Origin: Nitrospiraceae bacterium
GTDB taxonomy: Bacteria; Nitrospirota; Nitrospiria; Nitrospirales; Nitrospiraceae
NCBI GenBank assembly: GCA_037442105.1
Contig: JBBIQV010000005.1
Coordinates: 62,001 to 107,527, forward strand
Direction of reading: 5' to 3'
DNA length: 45,527 nt
In this document: positions 1-9,075 of the stretch, one piece after another
How the letters are laid out: each line of letters begins with the position of its first letter
Position numbering within the stretch: the first letter of the stretch is position 1
The notes under the pieces: model-generated
Told to the model about the DNA's origin: nothing
The model's input: the letters and a program-made list of their open reading frames with translations, nothing else
The model's database searches: none
Program-made: the position numbers and the translations under genes

Positions 1-1
1 G

Positions 2-1180
2 GAGCCGACAGGTCGGGTTCGTCTCGCCCGTCCGCGTAGCGGCGCTGATTTCTCAAGCCATCTCTGGATTTACGCCGGACAGGTTGAGGGGGTTGCGGGG
101 ACTTCCCAACCCGGCGATGTCGTCGATGTGTACACCCATGAGGGCAAGTTCTTTGCTCGGGGGCTCTTCAACCCGAGATCCAAGATTCAAGTGAGGATTT
201 TGACGTTTCAGGAAGAACCGATCGATGACCGGTTCTGGTCCGCACGAGTGGATCGTTCTGTGGCCTTGCGCGCGCGGGTGGTAAGGGACACGGATGCTTA
301 CCGTGTCGTCCACGGCGAGGCGGATTTGTTGCCCGGGCTCGTCGTGGACCGATACGCGGATGTGTTGGTCATGCAGGCCCTTGCGGCAGGGATGGATCGG
401 CGGAGAGATTTCCTCGCAGATCTGTTGCTCAAAGCCACGGGGGCGGAACGGCTCTATCTTCGAAATGATCCGAAGAGCCGGACGCTGGAAGGGTTGCCGC
501 TCGAACGGGCATTCCTCCGTGGAGGGGGGGAGACGACGGTTGAGATTTACGAGCATGGCGCAACTTTCCGGGTTGACTTCGAACGGGGGCAGAAAACCGG
601 GTGGTTTTGCGATCAGCGAGACAACAGAATCGCGGCCGCCAGTTTTGCCAAGGATGCAGACGTGCTTGAGGTGTTCTGTCACACCGGCGCGTTTGGCATC
701 CATGCTGCGCGCAACGGGGCCCGATCGGTCGAGGGCTATGATGTCAGCGCCGATGCGCTGGCTTTGGCCCGCGACCATGCGGCTATGAACGGGGTGGAGG
801 GGCGGTGCACTTATCGGGAGAGCGATGCGTTCGACGCGTTGCAGCAACTTGATCGAGAGGGCCGGCGGTACGATCTAGTGATCCTCGATCCTCCCGCGTT
901 CGCGCGCAGCCGACAAGCGGTAGCTCACGCCCTCGCTGGCTACAAGGATATCAACCTCCGAGCATTGCGGGTCTTGCGGCCTGATGGATTCCTCGTCACC
1001 TGCTCGTGTTCGCATCATGTGAGTGAGGACCAATTGTGGCAGGCCATCGTGGATGCCGCGCGCGATGCCCGTAAACAGCTTCGGTTGATTGAATCCCGGT
1101 CGCAGGGCCGTGATCATCCCGTGCTCGCTTCGATGCCTGAAACGCGTTATCTAAAATGTTTCATTCTGCAAGTCCTGTAA
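2..1180 (+). CDS. rlmI: Class I SAM-dependent rRNA methyltransferase, RlmI/RlmK-like (5' end outside window)
   Basis: Frame is open from position 2. PUA-like N-terminus (HLWIYAGQV...GDVVDV), GEADLLPGLVVDRY, GQKTGWFCDQRDNR, FCHTGAFG, DLVILDPPAF, ETRYLK. Confidence 0.85.
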   Translation, partial: EPTGRVRLARPRSGADFSSHLWIYAGQVEGVAGTSQPGDVVDVYTHEGKFFARGLFNPRSKIQVRILTFQEEPIDDRFWSARVDRSVALRARVVRDTDAYRVVHGEADLLPGLVVDRYADVLVMQALAAGMDRRRDFLADLLLKATGAERLYLRNDPKSRTLEGLPLERAFLRGGGETTVEIYEHGATFRVDFERGQKTGWFCDQRDNRIAAASFAKDADVLEVFCHTGAFGIHAARNGARSVEGYDVSADALALARDHAAMNGVEGRCTYRESDAFDALQQLDREGRRYDLVILDPPAFARSRQAVAHALAGYKDINLRALRVLRPDGFLVTCSCSHHVSEDQLWQAIVDAARDARKQLRLIESRSQGRDHPVLASMPETRYLKCFILQVL

Positions 1181-3129
1181 CGAGCGTGGCACCCTCCTCC
1201 GGCAGCGCACCGCCTGAAATCACTATCAAGGCACTGGTGCTCTCGATTATTCTCTCTGCGGTGCTTGCAGGGGCGAATGCCTACCTCGGTTTGTTTGCCG
1301 GCATGACGGTGTCGGCGTCAATCCCGGCGGCGGTGGTTTCGATGGCGGTCCTCCGTTGCTTTCGCCGCTCTAATATTCTCGAGAACAACATTGTGCAGAC
1401 TGCCGCATCGTCCGGGGAAGCGCTGGCCGCGGGGGTGATTTTCACTATCCCGGCGCTCCTGCTCATCGGGCACTGGCAGGCGTTCGACTACTGGCAGACG
1501 ACGCTTGTGTCCCTCGTCGGGGGACTACTGGGCGTTCTGTTCACCATTCCACTGCGCAGAGCCTTGATAGTGGGCGCGCAATTACGTTTCCCGGAAGGGG
1601 TTGCGACGGCAGAGGTGTTGAAGGTGGGGGCGACGAGCGGCGTCACCGCTGCCAAGGGCTTTCGAACCTTACTCGCCGCGGCCTGCTGGGGCGGGGGGAT
1701 GAAACTGTGCGAAAGCGGGCTGCGGTTGTGGAATGAATCGCTCGAAGGCGCTGTTCTGCTTGGGCGAACCGTGGTCTACGGAGGCGTCAACCTTTCTCCG
1801 GCATTGGTCGGGGTGGGGTTCATCGTCGGGCTGAATACTGCTGTCGTGGTGTTTCTCGGTGGAGTCATCGGCTGGTTGCTGCTCCTGCCTCTGTACGGGG
1901 CCATTATCGGGGTGCCGAACGATCTGAACGGTGTTGCGGCAGCCAAGGCAGTCTGGAGTCAACATATCCGGTATGTCGGTATCGGGGCCATGCTGGTCGG
2001 TGGATTGTGGACGCTCGCGCAGGTGCGGAAGCCCATTCTGCAAAGTCTCCGGCAACTGCGCCAGGCCTACGCTGGCGCCGGTAATGAAACGACGCCTACC
2101 GTTCCGCCTCGCACGGAGCGAGACGCCTCGTTACCGTGGATTCTCGTCCCGTTCTTCCTGTCTCTGATCCCGATGGCGCTGATCTACTGGCGTGTGGTCG
2201 GACAAGGGTTCGTGGCGGTGAGCATGACTCTGATCATGGCAGGGGCGGCGTTTCTGTTTTCATCAGTCGCCGCCTATATGGCCGGACTCGTAGGAAGTTC
2301 GAGCAACCCCGTCTCCGGCGTCACGATCGCTACGATTATGGTCGCCTCGCTGCTGCTTGTGGTGTTTATGGGGGCTGGACATCAGGCTGGTCCTGCCGCC
2401 ACGTTGCTGATCGGGGCGGTGGTCTGTTGTGCTGCGGCAATGGGCGGTGACAATCTTCAGGATTTGAAAACCGGCCATCTCGTTGGGGCCACGCCGTGGA
2501 AACAGCAGATCATGCAAGTCGTCGGCGTGCTGACTGCGGCACTGGTCATCGTTCCCGTGCTATCGCTGCTGCATGCGAAGTACGGCATTGGCGAGGTGAC
2601 GCCGGCACATCTTCAGCCGCTCAGTGCGCCACAGGCGACGCTGATGGCACAATTGGCTTTAGGGGTTTTTGGCGGGAACGTGCCTTGGCTGTTGGTCGGA
2701 CTTGGTGCGGTGGTTGCGATGGTGAATATTGGAGTCGACCAGTGGCAGCGAGCAAGGGGAGGCAATCTGCGGCTGCCTGTGTTGGCGGTAGCGCTGGGGA
2801 TCTATCTTCCATTGAAGCTCTCTGCCGCGATTCTCGTTGGAGGGCTGATTGCGGAATTTTCCCGGCGGGGCAGTCGAAACGTTAAGGGTACAAGCGATCA
2901 GCGAGGGCTGTTGTTTGCTGCTGGCTTGATTACCGGGGAGGCGTTGACGGGAATTGTGTTGGCTCTTCCGGTGGCGCTTAGCGGAGTGTGGCCGGAGATG
3001 GGGGCTGATCCTCTCAGGGTCTTTGACTCGCCCCTGTTCGACGCATGGCCCGGGGTGTTGATGTTGATCTTGGTTGGCTGGCTGCTCTACCGCGCTGCCA
3101 TATCATCTTGCGATCGTGCGCCGGCTTAA
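1156..3129 (+). CDS. OPT family oligopeptide transporter
   Basis: NAYLGLFAGMTVSASIPAAVVS, ENNIVQT, LRFPEGVATAEVL, SSNPVSG, QDLKTGHLVGATPWKQQ, APQATLM and many TM segments. Alternative GTG start at 1186. Confidence 0.93.
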   Translation: MFHSASPVTSVAPSSGSAPPEITIKALVLSIILSAVLAGANAYLGLFAGMTVSASIPAAVVSMAVLRCFRRSNILENNIVQTAASSGEALAAGVIFTIPALLLIGHWQAFDYWQTTLVSLVGGLLGVLFTIPLRRALIVGAQLRFPEGVATAEVLKVGATSGVTAAKGFRTLLAAACWGGGMKLCESGLRLWNESLEGAVLLGRTVVYGGVNLSPALVGVGFIVGLNTAVVVFLGGVIGWLLLLPLYGAIIGVPNDLNGVAAAKAVWSQHIRYVGIGAMLVGGLWTLAQVRKPILQSLRQLRQAYAGAGNETTPTVPPRTERDASLPWILVPFFLSLIPMALIYWRVVGQGFVAVSMTLIMAGAAFLFSSVAAYMAGLVGSSSNPVSGVTIATIMVASLLLVVFMGAGHQAGPAATLLIGAVVCCAAAMGGDNLQDLKTGHLVGATPWKQQIMQVVGVLTAALVIVPVLSLLHAKYGIGEVTPAHLQPLSAPQATLMAQLALGVFGGNVPWLLVGLGAVVAMVNIGVDQWQRARGGNLRLPVLAVALGIYLPLKLSAAILVGGLIAEFSRRGSRNVKGTSDQRGLLFAAGLITGEALTGIVLALPVALSGVWPEMGADPLRVFDSPLFDAWPGVLMLILVGWLLYRAAISSCDRAPA

Positions 3130-3292
3130 TCCCTGCCGTCTACGACAACAATGTTAAAACGTTAATGGCCACTGCGTTGAAAATGCTTGGAATATTAAGT
3201 GGATAAGCAAGCTTTCTTGAGGTGGAAGAGCACTGTCAATTTGGAGTACAATATGGCCGCTGTTTTCTGTGTTTCAGCAGAAGGAGATAGTT

Positions 3293-3634
3293 ATGCTTGG
3301 TACAGACATACGCGGCATCCTCGCTGAAGAAGAAGAAGTTCAGCGAAGGGAGGAAGCCCTGAGATCGCTTATGACGATGCGGACGAGGCAGTTGCGCGAG
3401 TCACTTGAGCAACGGATCCGTCGCGCGCGGAGTTCAGGAGATTGGACAAATTTATCACGGGCCGAATGCGCCAATTTGCACAAGCAGGAGAAAGAACATC
3501 TTCGCTCGCAGCTTGAACAGTTGCAGTTGGAGCGTGAACGGACCCGGGGGAAATTGACAGCGCTCAAGCGCGCGAAAGCCCGAGCGCAACGTATTCGAGC
3601 GGCTGAAGCAGCGTCCGGACGGAAACGGAAGTAA
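3293..3634 (+). CDS. Hypothetical coiled-coil, Arg/Glu-rich protein
   Basis: AAGGAG RBS before ATG 3293; all-helical charged sequence. Confidence 0.75.
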   Translation: MLGTDIRGILAEEEEVQRREEALRSLMTMRTRQLRESLEQRIRRARSSGDWTNLSRAECANLHKQEKEHLRSQLEQLQLERERTRGKLTALKRAKARAQRIRAAEAASGRKRK

Positions 3635-3703
3635 GACGTGTCATTATCCGCATCCGCAGCGATATTTTTTTGGTTCCCACGAGATTGGCTGGTCTAGTCG
3701 CGC

Positions 3704-4516
3704 GTGCTTTCATACCCGTCTTTGCCGCGATCAACTGCCCAGTTGATCCGCAATCTCCTCCAGCATAAGCAAACCCGTGATGTCGAGCAGACCTTCGTTA
3801 TCGAAGGCCCGAAGCCGATTCGCGAAATTCTTCGAGCACGTGCCGCGGCTATCCAGGCCATCGTTGTGACCCCTGATTACCTTGATCGATATCATGAGGA
3901 CGAGCAACGCATGCGCGTTCAGGCCAGGGGCAGTGTCTATACCTGCAAGGAGAGTGCGTTTGAAAAACTCTCAGATCTCGACGCGTCTCAGGGGATTCTG
4001 GCCATCGTGCGCCAGCCTGTGTGGACCGAAGAGGATTGTTTGGGTCGGTCCGATTTCATGGGGCTCTATGGGGAATGCCTACAGGATCCAACCAATGTTG
4101 GAACGATTATACGGACGGCCGCGGCGCTGAGTCTCTCTGCTCTCTGGCTCACACCCGATTCTGCCGATGTCTTCAATCCCAAGGTCGTCCGGGCAACTGC
4201 CGGTGCAGTGATGGTCTTGCCCGTGTTCAAGACGGGTGACGTGTCTCGTCTCATCGAGCGAGGATGCAGCTTGCTGGCTGCCGACTCGCATGCGAAAGGG
4301 GCTGTTTCGATTCGCAGCATTCAGCGCATTCCAACGCGCAGCGTGCTTGCCCTTGGCAATGAGAGTCGAGGGTTATCCGACTTGACGCTTCGACAAGCAG
4401 CCATCCGGTTTCATATTCCCGTGGCGCATCACGTCGAGTCCCTCAATGTGGCGGCCTCCGCGGCGATCGCCATGTTCTATTTCACCGCGTCGCCACGGGA
4501 AAGCAGTCATGAGTGA
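3704..4516 (+). CDS. TrmH/SpoU family RNA methyltransferase
   Basis: SPOUT motifs LQDPTNVGTIIRTA, LGNESRGLS, VESLNVAASAAI. Confidence 0.93.
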   Translation: MLSYPSLPRSTAQLIRNLLQHKQTRDVEQTFVIEGPKPIREILRARAAAIQAIVVTPDYLDRYHEDEQRMRVQARGSVYTCKESAFEKLSDLDASQGILAIVRQPVWTEEDCLGRSDFMGLYGECLQDPTNVGTIIRTAAALSLSALWLTPDSADVFNPKVVRATAGAVMVLPVFKTGDVSRLIERGCSLLAADSHAKGAVSIRSIQRIPTRSVLALGNESRGLSDLTLRQAAIRFHIPVAHHVESLNVAASAAIAMFYFTASPRESSHE

Positions 4517-4538
4517 CGGTTGACGCGTTACGGGAGAA

Positions 4539-4614
4539 TGGTGCCGAGGGACAGAATCGAACTGTCGACACCAGCCTTTTCAGGGCTGTGCTCTGCCAAC
4601 TGAGCTACCTCGGC
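4539..4614 (-). tRNA. tRNA-Phe (GAA)
   Basis: Reverse complement GCCGAGGTAGCTCAGTTGGCAGAGCACAGCCCTGAAAAGGCTGGTGTCGACAGTTCGATTCTGTCCCTCGGCACCA; 76 nt, anticodon GAA, CCA encoded. Confidence 0.97.
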
Positions 4615-4620
4615 ACGCAG

Positions 4621-4762
4621 TTTCAATGACTTATGCGATGTCTCACCAAATTGCTGTAGGGCTGTGCTCTCTCAGCTCGGCTACTGCGGCAATAGTTGTA
4701 TATCAACGGGTTACAAATTTCGTTCAAGCTCGAAAACCCTGAGTGCCAACCAAAGTGCCAAC
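4621..4762. mobile_element. Putative att-site remnant: degenerate tRNA-Phe 5' half, IHF-like boxes and arm-type direct repeats
   Basis: 4658-4690 matches tRNA 4582-4614 at 26/33 nt. TATCAACGGGTTA (4701-4713) fits the IHF consensus WATCAANNNNTTR; near-match at 4621-4633. AGTGCCAAC occurs twice (4742-4750, 4754-4762). Confidence 0.55.
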
Positions 4763-4907
4763 AACCCATCTCTCAATAGGAGCCGCACGATACCCGATCA
4801 TCCTTCATTCGGTCAAGGTCAGAGAGCAAAGAAAGAGGAAACGGGACTTCCTCAATTGAAGAGATGCTCAGGGTCTGGCATAGGCGGAATTGGGGCGTAA
4901 CCTTTCT

Positions 4908-5291
4908 TTATCGGATCATCCGAATCTCAACGGCGAGCTTGACCGTTTTCCACATCCGGTCTGCGGTGAGCACGGGCCGACGCAAGTGTTGTCCCAGAGC
5001 AAGACAGGCGCGGTCACCCAACGAGAGGCCGTAGTCACTAGTGGCAGGACGCAAGAGGCCCGTGCTGAGGGCAAGATCCTCATCAAAGGGAATCACCATG
5101 AGCCCTAATTCGTCAAGCACCGTCTTGATCATCCCTTCAGGCATCCCGGTCTCCGCGAGTTTGCCGACTACTTCAGCGAGGTTGACCGTGCTGATGACGG
5201 CCTGTGGCAGCAGGGAGGCGACTGTTCCTGCTCCCGGCTCATCATTGAGCAGTGCGAGCACGGCCGTGGCATCGAGAACGGTTTGCTTCAT
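4908..5291 (-). CDS. vapC: Type II TA toxin, VapC/PIN domain
   Basis: VLDATAVLALLNDEPG, STVNLAEV, GLSLGDRACLALG, VLTADR; start overlaps the antitoxin stop. Confidence 0.92.
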   Translation of the reverse strand: MKQTVLDATAVLALLNDEPGAGTVASLLPQAVISTVNLAEVVGKLAETGMPEGMIKTVLDELGLMVIPFDEDLALSTGLLRPATSDYGLSLGDRACLALGQHLRRPVLTADRMWKTVKLAVEIRMIR

Positions 5292-5569
5292 GACCGACCC
5301 GTAGGAACCGCCCGTCTCTTCCTCTCAAGCCGGACCTCTTGGCGACGGTCTTTGATCAGCTCGTCCGCCAACGCGCGACCTTTGGGAACATACTGACGCA
5401 CCAGCGACTGGGCACGCCTCACGGCCTGACGAGGCGTGACAAGCCGCACTTCATTCCCTTCAAGAACGAGGACCACGTCATCTCCGGGCTTCAGTCCGAG
5501 GGCTTTCCGGTACCCGGCAGGAATGACAATCCTGCCCCCTTGGCCAAGATGTGTCTTGAATGGAGCCAT
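5288..5569 (-). CDS. vapB: AbrB/MazE/SpoVT family antitoxin
   Basis: GRIVIPAGYRKALGLKPGDDV swapped-hairpin motif; directly upstream of the PIN toxin. Confidence 0.9.
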   Translation of the reverse strand: MAPFKTHLGQGGRIVIPAGYRKALGLKPGDDVVLVLEGNEVRLVTPRQAVRRAQSLVRQYVPKGRALADELIKDRRQEVRLERKRRAVPTGRS

Positions 5570-5571
5570 AG

Positions 5572-5634
5572 GTCACATATCAAATAGCGTGACATGAGAA
5601 TCATAGCATGGCAGAAAATAACAGACAAGCCATG
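5572..5634 (-). promoter_or_regulatory. Sigma-70 promoter of vapBC with probable operator inverted repeats
   Basis: Minus strand TTGTCT (5628-5623), N17, extended TGc-TATGAT (5605-5600). Inverted repeats GTCAC/GTGAC (5572-5593) and CATGGC/GCCATG (5607-5634). Confidence 0.6.
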
Positions 5635-5755
5635 ATTACTGCCGTTTCAGTAGGCGGGAAACGGAAGAGTTTGGGGAGCTGGCTCAAACGGCGATGGATT
5701 AAGGAAAGAGGTGGATCGGCTCGCAGTGCAGGCAGAGATAGGAAAGGACGCTGGC

Positions 5756-5990
5756 TCAATCTCCGGAGTGCAACCGATCCGCCAGCGCTTGAATGGTCAT
5801 CGGTGCATTGCCCTCTGCGCGATTGTTGACCAGTACATAGGCTCTGCGCTCTTCTCTGACGGCCTGGCGAATCAATTCGACCGTATCACGTCGCATCTCC
5901 GGGATCTCCTCGATAATCTTCGTGTATGGCTCAGCCCGCTTTTTGGCCTGCTCGTAGGACATCTTGAGCGGCGTGAGGAGGCGTAGTACC
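5756..5990 (-). pseudogene. C-terminal fragment of a DUF72-family protein
   Basis: VLRLLTP...AYVLVNNRAEGNAPMTIQAL resembles the DUF72 C-terminus; only about 78 aa, N-terminal part absent. Confidence 0.55.
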
Positions 5991-6167
5991 TCCCGGATGG
6001 AAACTGCCACTCGAGGCAGAACTATAACAGCGGCATTCACCAGTGTGCAATTCTTGCACAAACGGATGACCAGCCGAGATGTCAAAGCACCCCATCACTC
6101 ATTGTCCAGCTCCTAAGCCACCATGTTAATTGGGGAAACGGCGGGGAACACCTGTCCGCAGTATTTG

Positions 6168-6183
6168 CGGCATACCTGTTGCT
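6168..6183 (+). promoter_or_regulatory. Sigma-54 -24/-12 promoter
   Basis: CGGCATacctgTTGCT with exact GG-N10-GC spacing; upstream of ATG 6232. Palindrome TGTGCAA-TTC-TTGCACA at 6044-6060. Confidence 0.65.
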
Positions 6184-6231
6184 GTCCGTGTGGGTAAAGT
6201 GATTCAGGTCCTTGCCTCATATGGCCCAGCC

Positions 6232-6435
6232 ATGAAACCCATCACCTGCGCCCGCTGCGGAAAAGTCCTCACCCGCGGCATCTGGGACAAGCAAACAGAA
6301 CAACTGTATTGTGGCCAGTGCATACCGCCTTTGCCGAAGAGTTCGGCGCCCTCCGCTGTCGAGAGAAAGCCACGGCCAAACAATCTCGATTGTCATAACC
6401 TATCAGGCTTAGGTAGCACAGAGAAAATCCGATGA
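6232..6435 (+). CDS. Small C4 zinc-finger protein (CxRC-x17-CxxC)
   Basis: MKPITCARCGKVLTRGIWDKQTEQLYCGQC; follows a sigma-54 promoter. Confidence 0.55.
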   Translation: MKPITCARCGKVLTRGIWDKQTEQLYCGQCIPPLPKSSAPSAVERKPRPNNLDCHNLSGLGSTEKIR

Positions 6436-6630
6436 ACGAAGCCGACGAGAAAACTCTGGAACCCGAGGATAGTCCTTGCGAGTGTTGCGGTCATCCTGCG
6501 CCGCGACTCGTCTTTGATCGACCAAGTCAAATACTGCTTTGCCCTCGGTGCTTGAAGGGCATGCAGGGGCTGCGGACGCGATCACATCTCCGTGAGTCCG
6601 CGTAGGATGAGCGGATCCAAAGGCGATCTC

Positions 6631-6948
6631 ATGGAGCAGAAGAGTCAATACAAGGCACAGATTGCCGATGAAGAAACGAAGCTCCGCTGGTTGATTACCC
6701 GGCAGCCGAGCAGCCTAGAGCTCCGGTATTACCTTTTATTCCTATTAGTGACCCATGAGCAATACGCCAAAGCGATCAAGGAGTGCGAGCGGATTCTGGA
6801 GGACCATCCGGACGACCTGATTGCTCAGCTCTGGATGGCAGCGCTGCGAAGAGGTCGGATGCTTACGTATGGCCGCCCCTCGCTTAGGCGGCGCCACAAG
6901 ACGGTAAGAAGTCGGGTCTGGGGGCATGTCGGCCATCACTCAGACTGA
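6631..6948 (+). CDS. Small TPR-like protein with basic tail
   Basis: PSSLELRYYLLFLL...QYAKAIKECERILEDHPDD TPR pattern; start may be 6607. Confidence 0.6.
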   Translation: MEQKSQYKAQIADEETKLRWLITRQPSSLELRYYLLFLLVTHEQYAKAIKECERILEDHPDDLIAQLWMAALRRGRMLTYGRPSLRRRHKTVRSRVWGHVGHHSD

Positions 6949-6990
6949 TCAGGCTGTGAAAGTCGAAGCCCGCCGCTAGTGCGCCGACCT

Positions 6991-7272
6991 TTAGTGTCCC
7001 GTCGCACGGTGAGAGAACGGACGGCCTTTCCGAGAGAGCCCAGTCTTCGAGCTGAGCTCCTTGGCAGATGTGGCAGAACATGCCGGCGACAGAAAGATGG
7101 TCACGTCTTGAGGATCCTGGGTATTCCCGCAGATCAGGCATCGCCAGGTCTGAAACGAAGTGATGCTCGAGACCGAATCAGAACCATAGGCCCGGCCGAT
7201 TCCTTCTTCCCTCACCATCAGCCCGCCGCATCGTCGGCACGTCCTGTTATGACGCCTTCGGCAGAGGATCAC
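6991..7272 (-). CDS. Small zinc-ribbon protein (CxRCxGLM...WRCxxCG)
   Basis: CRRCGGLMVREE and WRCLICGNTQDP; start uncertain. Confidence 0.55.
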   Translation of the reverse strand: MILCRRRHNRTCRRCGGLMVREEGIGRAYGSDSVSSITSFQTWRCLICGNTQDPQDVTIFLSPACSATSAKELSSKTGLSRKGRPFSHRATGH

Positions 7273-7609
7273 GCCCGGCTGCGGGAGCCGGATTGCCTCC
7301 TTCAGACTCGTGGGAAGGGGAAGAGGTCATGCCTCGAGGGATGTGCAGCTGCTTGAGTACCTCGTGATCCTCTTCCTTCACGAACTGCGCAGTGACCCAG
7401 TCGCCGACGATGACATCAGCTAAGGTCTTACGTTCATCCCCTGCCAGGATTTCGCTGTCCGGCAGCACCGACAGGCGTCGAACCCTTTTGCCATCGTGTA
7501 CGGAGGGCTGGATCACAATGGTGCGGTGGACTAGATCGAGCCCAACCACAGTCCCACGCAGCTTGTAGGTTCTCTTCGCCGTCCGCTTCTGAAACGTGTT
7601 GGGTGTCAT
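7247..7609 (-). CDS. OB-fold / DUF5666-like hypothetical protein
   Basis: RGTVVGLDL...SEILAGDERKTLADVIVGDWVTAQF; similar to the ORFs at 12918, 13207 and 15417. Confidence 0.6.
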   Translation of the reverse strand: MTPNTFQKRTAKRTYKLRGTVVGLDLVHRTIVIQPSVHDGKRVRRLSVLPDSEILAGDERKTLADVIVGDWVTAQFVKEEDHEVLKQLHIPRGMTSSPSHESEGGNPAPAAGRDPLPKAS

Positions 7610-7666
7610 GGTTGCATGCCCTATTCAAAAATGTTGCTGCTCAACGAGCCTTGCAAAAGCGATGAA

Positions 7667-7682
7667 CGCATAGAGCATGCCC
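7667..7682 (-). promoter_or_regulatory. Possible sigma-54 promoter for the leftward genes
   Basis: Minus strand GGGCATgctctATGCG, GG-N10-GC; about 60 bp upstream of ATG 7609. Confidence 0.4.
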
Positions 7683-7954
7683 CACGTATAGGAAGGAGAA
7701 TTCGATCCTGTGAAAACACCAGAGTCGATGGAAAACTCAGGAGGAAAGAGAGGGTTCGAAAGCCTGCACGCACCTGGGAGAGTTAGTGTCGATCTTCCTC
7801 CTCACTGCGGCAGCCCCGAGAAGAGGTGCAATTGTTGCATTTCTGACCATGGACCCCGGAGAAGAATTGTCGGCGGCCAACCTGCGCGGCGCAATTCGCT
7901 AAAACTTGCGGTGAGTTACCGGTCCGTTCGTAGGGCAGACTACATGATGGGAGA

Positions 7955-7970
7955 AGGTATCAGAGTTGCT
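7955..7970 (+). promoter_or_regulatory. Sigma-54 -24/-12 promoter
   Basis: AGGTATcagagTTGCT, GG-N10-GC. Palindrome GTGCAA-TTG-TTGCAT at 7826-7840. Confidence 0.6.
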
Positions 7971-8099
7971 TTCATAAAGACAGCGATGGAGTACGAAGAT
8001 CACAGACCTGTTACGGGAGGCCATGTGAGTAAAGGCTTCCATTCCTGTGCCACGGAGTGTGGGGCACGTGCTCCCATCGAAGAGCCGTGGTTCGGTTCA

Positions 8100-9065
8100 A
8101 TGTGGGCGATGGGTGCCAGGACAATCGGCTTGCTCTTCCTGATATTCCCAGCTCTGTCAGTGGCCGGCGAGATTGACCTGTCTGGTTCGGTGAACATCGT
8201 TGGGAATGGATCTGAGCTTCCGACGATTAAGCGCCTAGCCAGGGCATTTGAGAAGAAGAATCCCGGAACAGTCGTCACTATTCAGTGGGAACCAACTCTG
8301 GACATAGTCCGAGCCGTCAAATCGGGAGAAGCGGATATCGCTGTAAGTGGGCAAGGGAACGCGGACTTGACGGCAGTTCCAATTGCCTGGGAGGGAATTG
8401 CGGTCATTGTCAATGCAGCGAATCCAATTGAAGAGCTCACCAGAGAACATCTGGCCGCGATCTTTTCAGAGAAGGTGAAGCGGTGGGTCGAAGTGGAAGG
8501 TGAGAGGACCGGGATTACAGCCTCAATCCGCTCAGAAAACAGGAAAGGCTGGTTGGGCCTGGGTGCAGGCGAAATCGGAACGGAGATCCAAGTCATAGAC
8601 CGTCCCAGAAGCCTGGCGATCCGTCAGCGTTTTGAAGAGTTCCTTGGTGCTGCGGGGACAATTCCGAAAACAGTTCAGATGATTCAGTCCGATCAGAAGG
8701 CGATCGACAGAGTCGCCAGCGACCCTGCTGCGGTGACGTACACCTCATTAAGCTCGGCGCTCGATGCCTTGAGAGCAGCAAAGGATATCCGTTTGCTTCG
8801 AATTGACCGGGTCGAGGCATCTGAACAGACCGTCAGGGATGGATGGTATCAGCTGCGTCGTCCGGTGCTGCTGCTTATCAGGGACGAACCGAACCCGATG
8901 GTTGGCGCCTTTGCCGGATTCGCTCTTTCGGAAGAAGGGCAGGCGATCGTGGACGAGCAATTTGTCCCCTATGGTGCGGACGTTCCTTCTTCCGTCACAT
9001 GTCACTCGTCTTGTCAGTTCATGCGAGCGATCGCCGCATCCGCCTATGGCCATGAACGGGCCTAA
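8100..9065 (+). CDS. PstS-like (PBP2) substrate-binding protein, divergent
   Basis: Signal peptide (IGLLFLIFPALSVAG), PIAWEGIAVIVNAANPIEELT, GWYQLRRPVLL, FALSEEGQAIV. Start could be 7986 or 8109. Confidence 0.8.
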   Translation: MWAMGARTIGLLFLIFPALSVAGEIDLSGSVNIVGNGSELPTIKRLARAFEKKNPGTVVTIQWEPTLDIVRAVKSGEADIAVSGQGNADLTAVPIAWEGIAVIVNAANPIEELTREHLAAIFSEKVKRWVEVEGERTGITASIRSENRKGWLGLGAGEIGTEIQVIDRPRSLAIRQRFEEFLGAAGTIPKTVQMIQSDQKAIDRVASDPAAVTYTSLSSALDALRAAKDIRLLRIDRVEASEQTVRDGWYQLRRPVLLLIRDEPNPMVGAFAGFALSEEGQAIVDEQFVPYGADVPSSVTCHSSCQFMRAIAASAYGHERA

Positions 9066-9075
9066 GAGCCTCACA

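Noticed and set aside
7710..7985. N-terminal extension of the PstS-like ORF
   Set aside because: It covers the palindrome and sigma-54 promoter and precedes the signal peptide; likely non-coding.
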